Translations under genes and position numbers: made by a program
From: Myxococcota bacterium
GTDB lineage: Bacteria; Myxococcota_A; UBA9160; UBA4427
Assembly: GCA_965250285.1 (NCBI GenBank)
Contig: OZ252299.1
Location: 288,001-352,000, forward strand
Reading direction: 5' to 3'
Length of the DNA: 64,000 nt
Notes under the pieces: generated by a model
What the model saw: the letters and a program-made list of their open reading frames with translations, nothing else
Databases searched by the model: none
What the model was told of the DNA's origin: nothing
Part shown: piece after piece, positions 1-9,969 of the stretch
How positions within the stretch are numbered: the first letter of the stretch is position 1
Layout: each line of letters begins with the position of its first letter

Positions 1-735
1 GCCCGGCAGGGTCTGCGAACGCTCGGCGGCGATCCACTGGGTTCGTTGGTTGACGTCGATGAAGCCGCCGGTGGCCGAGTCGGTCACCTGCTCGTCGAGG
101 GCCTCGTCGGCCTGCTTGCGGACCGCGTCGGCCACGGCGCGCCAGTCGACGTCGCTCCGATCGGCGCTCGCCCGGTCGAGGGTCTCGACGATGCGAGCGA
201 GGGCGAGGGTCGGCTCGAGCCGTTCGACCTCGAGGTCGCTGCGTGCGCTGCGCTCGGCGTCGACGGCGACCGACGGCGCGTCGTCGTCGCTGCTCGAGAG
301 TGCCTCTGCAATGCGGCTCTCGAGTGCGATCTCGCCCGCCCGACGGGCCGTAATGTCGGTGGCGACGGCGACGAAGTCGGAGATCTCGCCGAGCGCGTCC
401 TTGAACGGTTCGACGTCGAGGTGCACCCAGATCGGTCGATCGTCGGGTGTCGTCACCGCGAACTCGATCTCGCAGCGGCGACCCGACAAGAAGTGACGCT
501 GGACGAAGTCGACGACGGAAGCATCGATGTCGGCCTCTTCGAGGAGCCAGCCGATCGGCTTCGAGATCGCGTCGTCGACCGGATAGCCGGTGACCTTCGT
601 CCAGGCGGCGTTCGCCCACTCGATCACCCCGGCGCGGTTGCCGACGACGATCGCTTCGTCGGCGCCCGATGCGCGGGCGGCGATCTTTCGAGCGATCTTG
701 GGCGACACGTCGGCTTCGTCGATTCGCTTGGCCAT
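1..735 (-). CDS. PAS-domain sensor protein (partial; 3' end runs off the window)
   Basis: Manual translation from ATG 735 (GAGGAG RBS): MAKRIDEAD...AIVVGNRAGVIEWANAAWTKVTGY...PIWVHLDVEPFKDALGEISDFVAVATDITARR, a PAS/PAC signature. Not in the ORF track. Confidence 0.75.
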   Translation of the reverse strand, partial: MAKRIDEADVSPKIARKIAARASGADEAIVVGNRAGVIEWANAAWTKVTGYPVDDAISKPIGWLLEEADIDASVVDFVQRHFLSGRRCEIEFAVTTPDDRPIWVHLDVEPFKDALGEISDFVAVATDITARRAGEIALESRIAEALSSSDDDAPSVAVDAERSARSDLEVERLEPTLALARIVETLDRASADRSDVDWRAVADAVRKQADEALDEQVTDSATGGFIDVNQRTQWIAAERSQTLPG

Positions 736-1180
736 GCGGCTCCTCATCCTTCAGCGCCGAGATCGATCCAGCGGCGGCGCAGCTTCGATGCGAGACAGGG
801 GCGCTCGTGGCGGCCCGGCCTGCGGGTCGGCGGGGGGCGTCGGTCAGCTGGAGAGTACGTGCGTTCGGCCGCTTGTCTTCGAAGCGTTGGACACTCGGGC
901 GCTCCGAGTCGGGCGATCCGGCTTCCGACGGACAGCGAGGTGCGCGACACATTCCCGGGGGCATTGACCCTCGGTTGCGCGCCAGAGCGGCTTCCGACAC
1001 AGCTCGTCGTCGAGACGGCCCTCGGCGAGCGCGCGCGACGTTCATCGACGAATTGGGATGGGATAGCCTGTGGACAAGCGAATCCGGGCGGGTGGCGCGT
1101 CTCTGCGCGTGCTCCCGGCTCGAGGGGGTGCCGACGGAGTGGGGAACTCGACACGAGAAGCGGTCGTCGATGCGAGCGGA

Positions 1181-1774
1181 ATGCCGCTCTCGGGCAAGGC
1201 GGCGACCCAGGAACGCATCCTTCAGGCCGCGACCGCGCTCTTTCTCGAGCAGGGCTACGATCAGACCACGGTCGCTCAGGTCGCCGAGCGAGCCGGCGTG
1301 AGCCGCGCGACGGTGTTCTGGCATTTCAGCGACAAGGCGGGGCTCTTTCGCGAGGCGTTCAATCGACTCGTCGAGCCGTTTCGGCGCAGCATCGAGCAGG
1401 GCGTCGAGGCCGCCGACCCCGAAGAGCGACTGCACGAGCTGCTGGTTCGCTACCCGAGCTTCATCGCGTCGCACCGGGATGCGATGGAGGGGTTCGTGCG
1501 TTGGGCGATGGAGGCCCAGGATTTTCGCAAGACCCTGGTCGACACCCTGCTCGATATGCACCAGCGCTACATCGGTGCGCTCACCGAGGTGATCGCCGAG
1601 ATCGCGCCCGAGGGTGAGGATCCGCGCGCGCTCGGCGTCGCGCTGATGGGGCTCATCGACATCGACATGATTCTGTCGTTCGTCGATGAGTCGGATCGCC
1701 GTTCGACCGAGCGCAAGGAAGCCGTCGAAGCGGTCGCGCGCATCATTCCACGCAAGGTGCGACCCGCGGGCTGA
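1181..1774 (+). CDS. TetR/AcrR family transcriptional regulator
   Basis: ERILQAATALFLEQGYDQTTVAQVAERAGVSRATVFWHF HTH; GTG 1139 is an alternative start. Confidence 0.9.
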   Translation: MPLSGKAATQERILQAATALFLEQGYDQTTVAQVAERAGVSRATVFWHFSDKAGLFREAFNRLVEPFRRSIEQGVEAADPEERLHELLVRYPSFIASHRDAMEGFVRWAMEAQDFRKTLVDTLLDMHQRYIGALTEVIAEIAPEGEDPRALGVALMGLIDIDMILSFVDESDRRSTERKEAVEAVARIIPRKVRPAG

Positions 1775-1899
1775 GTCGTCCGCGCGCCCGATCGAGCCCA
1801 CACTGCGCCGGCCCGGCCTCGCTCACGCTCGGTTCGCGTGCCGCGCGGGCGCGCTCGCGCGCCGGTGCGCGATCTCATCCTGCTCGCGTGGGCCGACGC

Positions 1900-3624
1900 T
1901 CAGTCGACGGACGCGATGATGCGATCGGCGCGCTCGATCCGATCGGCCGAACCACTCTTGATGCGGTTGCAGCGGCTCTCGAGGTCGACCATGCGTCGAT
2001 TGATCCACGACGCTGCGATGTCGAAGCGACCCCGATCGGCCTTGGCCTGCTTCAAGAGCTCGGCGCCGGCGATCACACTCGAGACGGCCTCGGCGAGGCT
2101 CTGCGCCGACATCAACGCGTAGCTGAAGTCGGAGAGCAGGGCGCCCGACGCATCGAGGATGTGCTGCATGCCCTCGAGCACCTTGTCGGCGTACGACTTG
2201 AGCTCGGGGTCTTCGAACGCCTTGAGCTCGGATTCGAGCGCTTCGAACAGAGCACCGAGCGCACCCTTGCCGATCTCCTTGAGCGCGAACGAAACCTGGA
2301 TCTCACTCGTGCCCTCGTAGATCGTCGTGATGATCGCATCGTTGTGCAGCTTGCCGACCTCGCTCTCGCGCATGAAGCCGACACCGCCGTGCACCTGGAT
2401 CGCCTCGCGCGTGATCTGATCGGCGGCCTCGGTGCCCATGTACTTCGCGAGCGGGGTGAGGAGCCGGATCCGCACGTCGTTGCGCTCGTACTCGGCCTGC
2501 AGCTCGGTCTTTTCGGCCTCGCTCGCGTCGCCGCGTGCGATGGCCATGCTGATCGCCTTGTTGCGGTCGATGAGCGCGCCGGCGCGGTAGAGGATCGCGC
2601 GCGAGCCTTCGAGCAGGATTGTCATGCCCGAGAGCTTGTCCTTCATGAGGGGCTGCTCGGCGATCGGCTGGCCGAACTGAACGCGCTCGCGGGCGTACTG
2701 GACGGCCGCAGCGAGCGCCGCCTCGCCGATCCCGATGCCCTGGGCCGCGACGCCCATGCGCGCGTTGTTCATGAGCGTGAGCATGGCCTTGAAGCCCTGG
2801 CCCTTCTCGCCGATCAGGTAGCCCACGCTCTCATCGAAGTGAATCGCTGCGGTCGGCGAAGAGTGGATGCCGAGCTTCTCTTCGAGGCGGGTCACGGTCA
2901 CGCGATTGTCGGTGCCGTCGAGCAGCGTGCGCGGCACGAGGATCAGCGACAGGCCGCGCGTGGTGCCCTTCGACTCGTCGTACGTGTCGCCATCTCGGGC
3001 GAGCACGAGGTGCACTCGGCAGCCGCCGTTCGTGATGTAGATCTTGTCGCCCGACACGACGTAGTGATCGTCTCGCGCGTCGGCGCGGGTCGTGATGGCA
3101 CCGAGATCGGAACCGGCCTGGGGCTCGGTCAGATCCATGGCGCCGAGCACCTCACCGCTGGCGAACAGCGGGAGCCAGGCCTTCTTGAGCTCTTCGCTGC
3201 CGTAGAGCTGAATGTCCTCGGCCACGCCCGCCTGCAGCCCGATCACCGTCATCAGACCCGCGTCGGCGCGCGAGACCATCTGCATGATGAGGTTGCCGAC
3301 GAAGCTCGGCAGACCGAAGCCGTCGTACTCTTCGGCCACGCCCCAGCTGACGAGACCGGCCTGGGCGAGCTTGTCGTAGAACTCCTGAATGTGAGCGGGA
3401 TACACGACCTCGCCGTTCTCGAGGCGCGAGTGCTCCTCCCAGCCAGCGCGGCATGCATCTTCCATCTCGGCGCAGATCGCCGCGGCCGTCTGAACGACTT
3501 CGTAGAGCGCAGCGCGCTCTGCTTCGACGTCGACATCGGCGCCCTTGCGCCAGGCGAAGTACGACTCCCAATCGATGAGCTCGTTCAGATAGAGCCCGAC
3601 GGATTCATTCATGTAGTCGCTCAC
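1900..3624 (-). CDS. Acyl-CoA dehydrogenase (long form)
   Basis: AMDLTEPQAGSDL, KIYITNG, EEKLGIHSSPT, ARERVQFG, IQVHGGVGF, IYEGTSEIQ motifs; start uncertain (GTG 3624 or ATG 3612). Confidence 0.92.
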   Translation of the reverse strand: MSDYMNESVGLYLNELIDWESYFAWRKGADVDVEAERAALYEVVQTAAAICAEMEDACRAGWEEHSRLENGEVVYPAHIQEFYDKLAQAGLVSWGVAEEYDGFGLPSFVGNLIMQMVSRADAGLMTVIGLQAGVAEDIQLYGSEELKKAWLPLFASGEVLGAMDLTEPQAGSDLGAITTRADARDDHYVVSGDKIYITNGGCRVHLVLARDGDTYDESKGTTRGLSLILVPRTLLDGTDNRVTVTRLEEKLGIHSSPTAAIHFDESVGYLIGEKGQGFKAMLTLMNNARMGVAAQGIGIGEAALAAAVQYARERVQFGQPIAEQPLMKDKLSGMTILLEGSRAILYRAGALIDRNKAISMAIARGDASEAEKTELQAEYERNDVRIRLLTPLAKYMGTEAADQITREAIQVHGGVGFMRESEVGKLHNDAIITTIYEGTSEIQVSFALKEIGKGALGALFEALESELKAFEDPELKSYADKVLEGMQHILDASGALLSDFSYALMSAQSLAEAVSSVIAGAELLKQAKADRGRFDIAASWINRRMVDLESRCNRIKSGSADRIERADRIIASVD

Positions 3625-3875
3625 GGTGCACTCCGGATGGCCCGCACGATCGGGCGTTGTCGAGAGAGGGAAGAGGGCGCGTCGGGTGGGGGTTGCTTGG
3701 AACTTCGGCCGCGCCCCGACAGCATATGGTGGGTTGCGTCGACTGCGAGTCAGGCGACGGCGCGCGCTCCGCGGCCGACGGAGCCCTCGACCGGTGCTGG
3801 ATCTAGACGGCCCAGATGGGCAGCGCACGCGCAGTGTGGACGCAGGCCGAGGCCCGCTGGCCGCGACCGACGCGT

Positions 3876-4844
3876 TCAGAAACAGCGATGCGCTCGAGGT
3901 CGCTCGCCGCCCATCCCCCTCGGTGCAAGCGACACGACGTCGGTGCGTGGTCCGTTGCAGGGCGGTGTCGTGCTCGAGCGACTCGAGGTCACGATCCAGA
4001 TCGGGACCGGACGCTGTGCGCTCAGCACGAACGCCAGCATGCGCTCGGTCGCAACATCATCGGCACGGCGCCCGTCGATCCACAGCGCCAGAGGCCCTCT
4101 GCATGCACGGCGGCGCAGCGCGCGCGCGAGCCCATCGCTCACGGCGCAGCGGCGCTGTCGCTCGGTCGCCGGCTCGGGCGGCCGGCTGCCGTGGCGACCG
4201 AGCCACTCGATCTCTCGCACGAGCCGGCTCCATTCGGCGCGCGCGCCGCCGTCGCCGTCTCGAAGAGACGAGGCGATCTGTCGCCACGGCCCGAGGGCCG
4301 CACCGTCGTCGTCGACGCGCCGGCCCGCGTGCAGACCCCAGCCCCGGTCCGCCGCGGCTTCGGCCCACTCTCGCGCGAACGCCCGGGCGCACGGTCCGGA
4401 GACCGCGAGGTGACGCGGGCCGTCGCGCAGGGCGCCGGCGAGCGAACGCTCCGCGATGTCGGCCGCGGCGGCCCAGCCCGTCTGCAGCTCGCACCGCATT
4501 GGTCGGTTCGGCGGACCGGAGCGGGGCGACGGGACCACGATCGAGACGCGCGCGACGAAGCGGTGGCCGCGCCGGCGGCACGTGCGGATCACCCGCTGGC
4601 TGCGGCCGTCGTCCCCCACCGCCCGGCGCACCTCGGCGAGCAGGGTCGAGTGGGAAGAGGAGCTGACGCGCAGGCCCCCCCACACCCGCGCCGCCAGCTC
4701 ACCGCGCGTCACCCAACGCGATCGGTGTCGGATCAGGTCGGCGAGCAGAGCCGCGGCCTGGGGACGGAGTCGCAGCGCGGCTCCGCGATACACGAGCTCG
4801 CCCGGTGTGGCTTCGAAACGATAGTCGTCGAACTCGACGATCAC
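3876..4844 (-). CDS. CadC/OmpR-type winged-helix regulator fused to a degenerate AAA/STAND-like domain
   Basis: VIVEFDDYRFEATPGELVYRG...LLADLIRHRSRWVTRGELAARVWG...VRRAVGDDGRSQRVIRTCRRRGHRF; GGAG RBS before GTG 4844. Confidence 0.7.
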   Translation of the reverse strand: MIVEFDDYRFEATPGELVYRGAALRLRPQAAALLADLIRHRSRWVTRGELAARVWGGLRVSSSSHSTLLAEVRRAVGDDGRSQRVIRTCRRRGHRFVARVSIVVPSPRSGPPNRPMRCELQTGWAAAADIAERSLAGALRDGPRHLAVSGPCARAFAREWAEAAADRGWGLHAGRRVDDDGAALGPWRQIASSLRDGDGGARAEWSRLVREIEWLGRHGSRPPEPATERQRRCAVSDGLARALRRRACRGPLALWIDGRRADDVATERMLAFVLSAQRPVPIWIVTSSRSSTTPPCNGPRTDVVSLAPRGMGGERPRAHRCF

Positions 4845-5147
4845 GGTTGGGCTCCAGCGGGGCCGGTCGGGGGCGTGGCGCGCCCGCGGTGGGCCTGCGC
4901 TCGGAGCGAGCCTGACCGTGGTCGCGGCACGACGCAGCGTTCGTCCGTACGTCGGCTGCGTTCGACGACGACCGGATTCGGACGCGGCTGCACCATCGTG
5001 GCCGCGCGCAGTTCGGGTGTTCACCCGTCCGGGCATCTCACTTTGCGCCGCACTCGGCATCTCAAGTGCCGGATGCGCGCGCGGCCAGATGCGCGGCGTG
5101 CCGGCCAGCGTGTAACGTAGGCCACGCACCCCTGGAGACTCGCCGAC

Positions 5148-5534
5148 ATGCCGCTGACCTGGGAAGTGGAAGCCGCGACCGGGCTGATCCTGATCGAGGC
5201 GAAGGGACGCATCGAGGTCGATCGCTACCTGACGCTCTGGGACGAGCTGATGGCCGATCCTCGCGTCGAGGCCGGGCCGAACCTCTTGGCCGACTTCCGC
5301 GAGGTCGAGGTCACGCGCAGCGGCAGCGAGGTGCGCACGGTCGCCGCGGGCAACAAACGCTTCAACGACTACATCGAGGGGGGGCGCCTGGCCGTCGTGG
5401 CCAGCCAGCAGGCGTCGTTCGGCCTCGCGCGCATGTACGAGGCGCTGATCGAGTCGCAGAGCCTCGAGGTGCAGGTGTTTCGCGCGTACGAGCCCGCGCG
5501 CGCCTGGCTCATCGAGCACCTCGACCCCGAATAG
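5148..5534 (+). CDS. Hypothetical protein, SpoIIAA/STAS-like fold
   Basis: LLADFREV...RLAVVA..SFGLARMY...VQVFR..EPARAWL pattern; GGAG RBS. Confidence 0.65.
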   Translation: MPLTWEVEAATGLILIEAKGRIEVDRYLTLWDELMADPRVEAGPNLLADFREVEVTRSGSEVRTVAAGNKRFNDYIEGGRLAVVASQQASFGLARMYEALIESQSLEVQVFRAYEPARAWLIEHLDPE

Positions 5535-5547
5535 CGCCCATCGCCGC

Positions 5548-5934
5548 TCAGTCGGCGCCGAAGACCTTCTGCCAGAGTGAGGGGGCGAGCACGCAGAGGC
5601 CTGCGACCGCCGCCGTGGCCGCGATGATGAGCACGCCGCCCGCGGCCATGTCCTTGGCGCGCTCGATCAGAGGATGGGGCTCGGCGTGAACGGCATCGGC
5701 GAGCGCCTCGATGGCCGCGTTCAGCGCTTCGGCACACAGCACGCTGCCGATGGCGAGCGCGAGCACCGCCCATTCGAGCCTCGATACGTCGAGCCAGAGC
5801 CCGAGCGCGATGACTGCTGCGGCGATGGCGAGATGAATGCGTGCGTTGTGCTCGTGCACGACGAGCGCCTGGATCCCCCGCCACGCGTAGACGAAGCTGC
5901 CCGCCCGCGTCCGCCATTCGAAGCGCTCGCTCAT
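5548..5934 (-). CDS. dgkA: Diacylglycerol/undecaprenol kinase family protein
   Basis: SFVYAWRGI, EHNARIH, AEALNAAIEALAD, AKDMAAGGV motifs. Confidence 0.88.
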   Translation of the reverse strand: MSERFEWRTRAGSFVYAWRGIQALVVHEHNARIHLAIAAAVIALGLWLDVSRLEWAVLALAIGSVLCAEALNAAIEALADAVHAEPHPLIERAKDMAAGGVLIIAATAAVAGLCVLAPSLWQKVFGAD

Positions 5935-6035
5935 GTCGCGTGCTCCCCGTTTCGATTCTCGCCGACCCCCCGATGCCGCGCCATCGAATCGGTATCGTTC
6001 GCGCGTCGAACGCGACCGTGACGGGAGGAGCTGGA

Positions 6036-6974
6036 ATGCGAGCCGTGCGCTGTGCCGGAGACGCCATCGAAGTGGTGCAGGTGCCCCAACCGAACGGAGA
6101 CGGCGTGCGCGTGCGTGTCGCTTCGGCGGGCATCTGCGGTTCGGATCTGCACCTCGTCGGCGGCCCCTTTCCCATCACGGGCACGCTCGGCCACGAGGTC
6201 GCCGGCATCCTGCCCGACGGTCGGCCGGTGGCGATCGAGCCGCTCTCGCCGTGCGGGCACTGCCCGGCGTGCGCCTCGGGTGACTACAACCTCTGCGAAC
6301 GGGGGCCGGCCATCGTGATGGGGACCATGCTCGATGGCGGCATGGCCGATGAGATGCTCGTGCCCGAGCGCAGCATCGTGCCGCTGCCGGCGGGCGTCTC
6401 GGCCTCGGATGCCTGTCTGGTCGAGCCCCTGGCCGTGGCCGTGCACGGTCTGCGCCGCGCGGCGCTGCGGGGGGACGAGCGGGTCGCCATCGTCGGCGCA
6501 GGAGCCATCGGCCTGTGCGGCGCCGCTGCCTGCGTGGCCGCTGGGGCCGCCACGTATGTCGAGGCGCGTCACGACGCGCAGCGCGAAGCCGCGGCCCGCA
6601 TCGGCGCCTCGACGAGCGAAGAAGGAACATTCGACCTGGTGGTCGACGCGGCCGGCACGACATCGTCGCTCGAGCGCTGCGTCGAGCTCGCCCGGCCGGG
6701 CGGTCGCCTGCTGCTGCTGGCGACGTACTGGGAGGGGATGCAGCTGCCCGGGATCGCGCTTTGTATGAAGGAGCTCGACGTGATCCCGGCCTCGATGTAC
6801 GGCGCCGCCGGCGCGGTGCGCGATGTCGACACGGCGGCGGCGATCCTCGGTCGCAGCGCCGACCTCGCCGACATCATGATCACGCACCGGTTCCCACTCG
6901 ATGCGGCCGTCGAGGCGTTCGAGACCGCGCGAGACCGTTCGGCGGGCGCAATCAAGGTCGTGCTCGAGCCTTGA
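6036..6974 (+). CDS. Zn-dependent alcohol dehydrogenase (MDR family)
   Basis: GICGSDLH, GHE, CGHCPAC...C structural Zn site, GAGAIG; GGAGGAG RBS. Confidence 0.92.
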   Translation: MRAVRCAGDAIEVVQVPQPNGDGVRVRVASAGICGSDLHLVGGPFPITGTLGHEVAGILPDGRPVAIEPLSPCGHCPACASGDYNLCERGPAIVMGTMLDGGMADEMLVPERSIVPLPAGVSASDACLVEPLAVAVHGLRRAALRGDERVAIVGAGAIGLCGAAACVAAGAATYVEARHDAQREAAARIGASTSEEGTFDLVVDAAGTTSSLERCVELARPGGRLLLLATYWEGMQLPGIALCMKELDVIPASMYGAAGAVRDVDTAAAILGRSADLADIMITHRFPLDAAVEAFETARDRSAGAIKVVLEP

Positions 6975-7068
6975 GGCCGGCGAGTTTCCCCCGTCGCGGG
7001 CCTCGAAACGCGAGACGGGACAGAGGATCGCTCCTCTGCCCCGCCCGAGAGAACATCGCTTCGACCGG

Positions 7069-8094
7069 TCAGTCGATGAAGCCGAGCGCCTTGTCCTGGG
7101 CCTCCGGGTCGGCATCTTCGAACTGGATGATCTCGAGCTTCTCGAACGCCTCCCGGACGCGCGGCGTGATCAGGCCCAGCTTCTTGAGGTTGGGCACGAC
7201 GCGCATGAAGAGCATCGCGCGGAACGCCTTGCCGATTTCGCTCTCGAGCACGAGGGTGCGCACCTCCTCCTGATCCCAACCCATCGTGCGGGCGATCTCG
7301 TCGCCGACCAGGCGGTTTCGCATCAGCTCGCAGGCGTAGATGATGAAGTCTTCGCGGTCGCGCATCTCGTTGGCGGGCATGTCGCGGTAGTAGTCGCGCA
7401 GCGAGAGCACGCCGAACGCGACGTGGCGCGACTCGTCCTTCATCACGTACTTGAGCAGATCCTTCACGAGCGGCTCCTGGGCCGCCTGGTAGAGGTTGCC
7501 GAAGGCGGCCATGGCGAGGCCTTCGATGATGATTTGCATGCCGAGATACTTGAAGTCCCAGCGGCTGTCCTGGATCGTCGCGTCGAGCAGCTGCTTGAGA
7601 TGGGGGTTGATCGGCCACTCCATCTCGAGCTTCTCGTTCACGTACCGGGCGAACACCTCGACGTGGCGCGCCTCATCCATGGTCTGCGTGCCGGCGTAGT
7701 ACTTGGCGTCCATCCACGGCACCGCGGCGACGAGCTGCGAAGCCACGATCAGCGCGCCCTGCTCTCCGTGCAGAAACTGCGACATCTGCAGCGCGATCTG
7801 CGCGTGGTTGAGCCGGGCCTGCTCCTTGTCGTTCAGCTTCTGGTACGGGCCATAGTCCTTGAAGGGGTTGAACGTCGGCGGGATGATCGGCTTCTCCGGG
7901 TCGACGTCGATCGACCAGTCGAGCTGCGTCGTGCCGTTCCACTGATCCCGCTTGGCCTTCTCGTACAGATCGCGCAGACCTTCCTTGACGGTCCCGTAGT
8001 TCCACACGTAGTTCGAATCGAACGAGGTGAGGATCGTGTCGAGCTCTTCGTCGATCTGCGTCGCGGGCGTCGTCGTTTCGGGGGCAGTGGCCAC
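7069..8094 (-). CDS. Ferritin-like diiron oxygenase (AurF-like)
   Basis: QFLHGEQGAL, DEARHVEVF, IIEGLAM, DESRHVAFG (two ExxH diiron motifs). Confidence 0.85.
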   Translation of the reverse strand: MATAPETTTPATQIDEELDTILTSFDSNYVWNYGTVKEGLRDLYEKAKRDQWNGTTQLDWSIDVDPEKPIIPPTFNPFKDYGPYQKLNDKEQARLNHAQIALQMSQFLHGEQGALIVASQLVAAVPWMDAKYYAGTQTMDEARHVEVFARYVNEKLEMEWPINPHLKQLLDATIQDSRWDFKYLGMQIIIEGLAMAAFGNLYQAAQEPLVKDLLKYVMKDESRHVAFGVLSLRDYYRDMPANEMRDREDFIIYACELMRNRLVGDEIARTMGWDQEEVRTLVLESEIGKAFRAMLFMRVVPNLKKLGLITPRVREAFEKLEIIQFEDADPEAQDKALGFID

Positions 8095-8308
8095 GGGGGT
8101 CTTCCTCTCTCGTTTCTCGCCTCTCGTCGATCCGGCCGAGGCCGATCGAAGGGGTGGGCGTGTGTCGGTTGCTCGACCCGGTGCGGTGCTCGCCGCGAGC
8201 ACCGTTCAGGGCCGCCTCTCGGTTCGCGCCGGGTCGCCTCGTTGCAGGCGGCGATCCGGCGGTTCGCGGCGCGTCTCCACTTTTCGGAAGTGCCGCCTCG
8301 AATCTTTC

Positions 8309-8337
8309 TTGCGAATCCGACGTTGGATTCGTATTTT
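8309..8337 (+). promoter_or_regulatory. sigma70-like promoter with an overlapping 20-bp operator palindrome (TetR-type)
   Basis: TTGCGA-N17-TATTTT; CGAATCCGACGTTGGATTCG (8312-8331) is a palindrome with one mismatched pair. Confidence 0.6.
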
Positions 8338-8374
8338 GGAGAGGATCCCAGATGTCAGGGGGACAGGTCAACCC

Positions 8375-9067
8375 ATGAGCGAAGATTCGCAGCGAACCGA
8401 GCCACATCCGGCCAGCCAGGGCCCCGAGGGGGCATCGTCTGGCCGTGCTGGGCGCGGGGTCCGCGTGCCTCAGCAGGCGCGCAGCCGGCGCACGCGTCGG
8501 CGCATCGTGGAAGCGGCGCTCCACGCCTTCGAGGCCGGTGGGTACGACGAGACGACGACGGCCGTGATCGCGAAGCGCGCGGGCATCGCCGTCGGCACGC
8601 TCTATGGGTACTTCGAGAACAAGCGCGACATTCTGCTCGAGGTCGTGGACGCCACGTTGGGAGAGGTGAGCGCGCTCGTCGTCGAGCAGCTCGATCCGGC
8701 GAGCTGGCGCGGCCGTGATCCCCGCGACGTCGTGCGCACCCTGATCGATACGCTCTTCCACATCCAGACGCTCCGCCCCGGAACGCAGCGTGTGATCTAC
8801 GAGCGCTACTTCAAGGACGACGCGTTTCGCGATCTCGTCGAGGCGCGCCAGCAACCGGTGCGGGCCGCGATCGTGCGCTTTCTCGAGAGCGTCGGCCCCG
8901 AGTACCGTCCTCGCGCGCTCGACCGCGAAGCGGCCGCCATCGCGATCTACAACACGGTGCAATGGAACGCGACGCAGGCGATCATCGGCTCGAGCGACGA
9001 TCCGGCGGCGATCGACGCCGCGGCCCGCGAGGCCGCGGATCTGATCGAGCGATACGTGTTCGAGTAG
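8375..9067 (+). CDS. TetR/AcrR family transcriptional regulator
   Basis: PQQARSRRTRRRIVEAA...GYDETTTAVIAKRAGIAVGTLYGYFENK. Confidence 0.92.
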   Translation: MSEDSQRTEPHPASQGPEGASSGRAGRGVRVPQQARSRRTRRRIVEAALHAFEAGGYDETTTAVIAKRAGIAVGTLYGYFENKRDILLEVVDATLGEVSALVVEQLDPASWRGRDPRDVVRTLIDTLFHIQTLRPGTQRVIYERYFKDDAFRDLVEARQQPVRAAIVRFLESVGPEYRPRALDREAAAIAIYNTVQWNATQAIIGSSDDPAAIDAAAREAADLIERYVFE

Positions 9068-9120
9068 CCCGCCGCTTCGGCGCTCCTTCACGCGATGCAT
9101 GCAGAGAAGGAGAGGGCCCC

Positions 9121-9342
9121 ATGCGAAGAGCGATCGGATTCGTCGTGGTCGTGCTGATGGCGGCGTCGACGGGATGCGCCACCCAGAGCCACCGCGCCAC
9201 GAACGTCGGCGGCAGCGAGGACTCGACCTGGGTCTTCATCGAGCAGGGCAGCGAAGGTCGCAGTGGCATCTATCGCTGCGTCGACAGCGTCGATGAGGGT
9301 GTCGTCTGCAAGCGCGCGAAGCACCTCGACTCGGCTCCCTGA
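9121..9342 (+). CDS. Small putative lipoprotein
   Basis: MRRAIGFVVVVLMAASTGC signal peptide and lipobox; GAAGGAG RBS. Confidence 0.6.
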   Translation: MRRAIGFVVVVLMAASTGCATQSHRATNVGGSEDSTWVFIEQGSEGRSGIYRCVDSVDEGVVCKRAKHLDSAP

Positions 9343-9383
9343 CCCGCACGTGGATCGGCGGTGGCTTCGAAGTCTGCCCGGGT

Positions 9384-9857
9384 TCACCCATCGCTCGAGA
9401 AAGTGTCGATGATGGCCGCGAGGCCGCGCTTGAGCGTCTCGCGTTCGCGCTTCGAGAGCTGTCCATCGAGATCGTCCTCGAGGCTCGCGAGGACGCCGAG
9501 GCCGTGGGTCATGGCGCGGCGCCCCTTCGCCGTGAACGTGACCAGGCGCGCCCGCGCATCTTCGGGATCGGGGCGGCGCGTGACGATCCCTTCGGCTTCG
9601 AGCTCGGTCACGGTCTGACCCACGGCCTGCTTCGTCGCGCCCACCCTCGCGGCCAGATCGGTGATCCGCGTGCCTTCCCAGTCGATGTGGGGGAACAGCC
9701 GGGCGTGGGCGGGCCTCAGCTCGCCCCGCCCGGTGTCGGCGACGCGCTGGCGGGCCGTCTGATCGTAGAGCCGAGCTGCCTTCAGCAGCAGCTGCCCGAG
9801 GTTGCCTTGCTTGGCGGCTTCGACGGACGCCTTCGAACCGGCCGGAGCTCGGGCCAC
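9384..9857 (-). CDS. MarR family transcriptional regulator
   Basis: GTRITDLAARVGATKQAVGQTVTELEAEGIVTRRPDPEDARARLVTFT. Confidence 0.88.
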   Translation of the reverse strand: MARAPAGSKASVEAAKQGNLGQLLLKAARLYDQTARQRVADTGRGELRPAHARLFPHIDWEGTRITDLAARVGATKQAVGQTVTELEAEGIVTRRPDPEDARARLVTFTAKGRRAMTHGLGVLASLEDDLDGQLSKRERETLKRGLAAIIDTFSSDG

Positions 9858-9905
9858 GTCCACCCCCTCGTTCGCACACCACGGGTTGGCGGTGCTGCCT
9901 CCAGA

Positions 9906-9924
9906 TGGTAAAGTATCTTTACTA
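9906..9924. promoter_or_regulatory. Putative MarR operator
   Basis: AT-rich palindrome GTAAAG-TAT-CTTTAC (9908-9922) between the divergent marR and DUF4336 genes. Confidence 0.6.
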
Positions 9925-9969
9925 AATGCACCAGGCGGCTTCGAGCGAAGCCGCGGTTGGGAGGCCGCG

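Noticed and set aside
46..1617. 523-aa plus-strand ORF and many similar long ORFs (e.g. 1888..4413, 21896..24712, 57852..60677)
   Set aside because: Shadow or antisense frames of real genes in very GC-rich DNA; Arg/Gly/Ala-rich with no motifs
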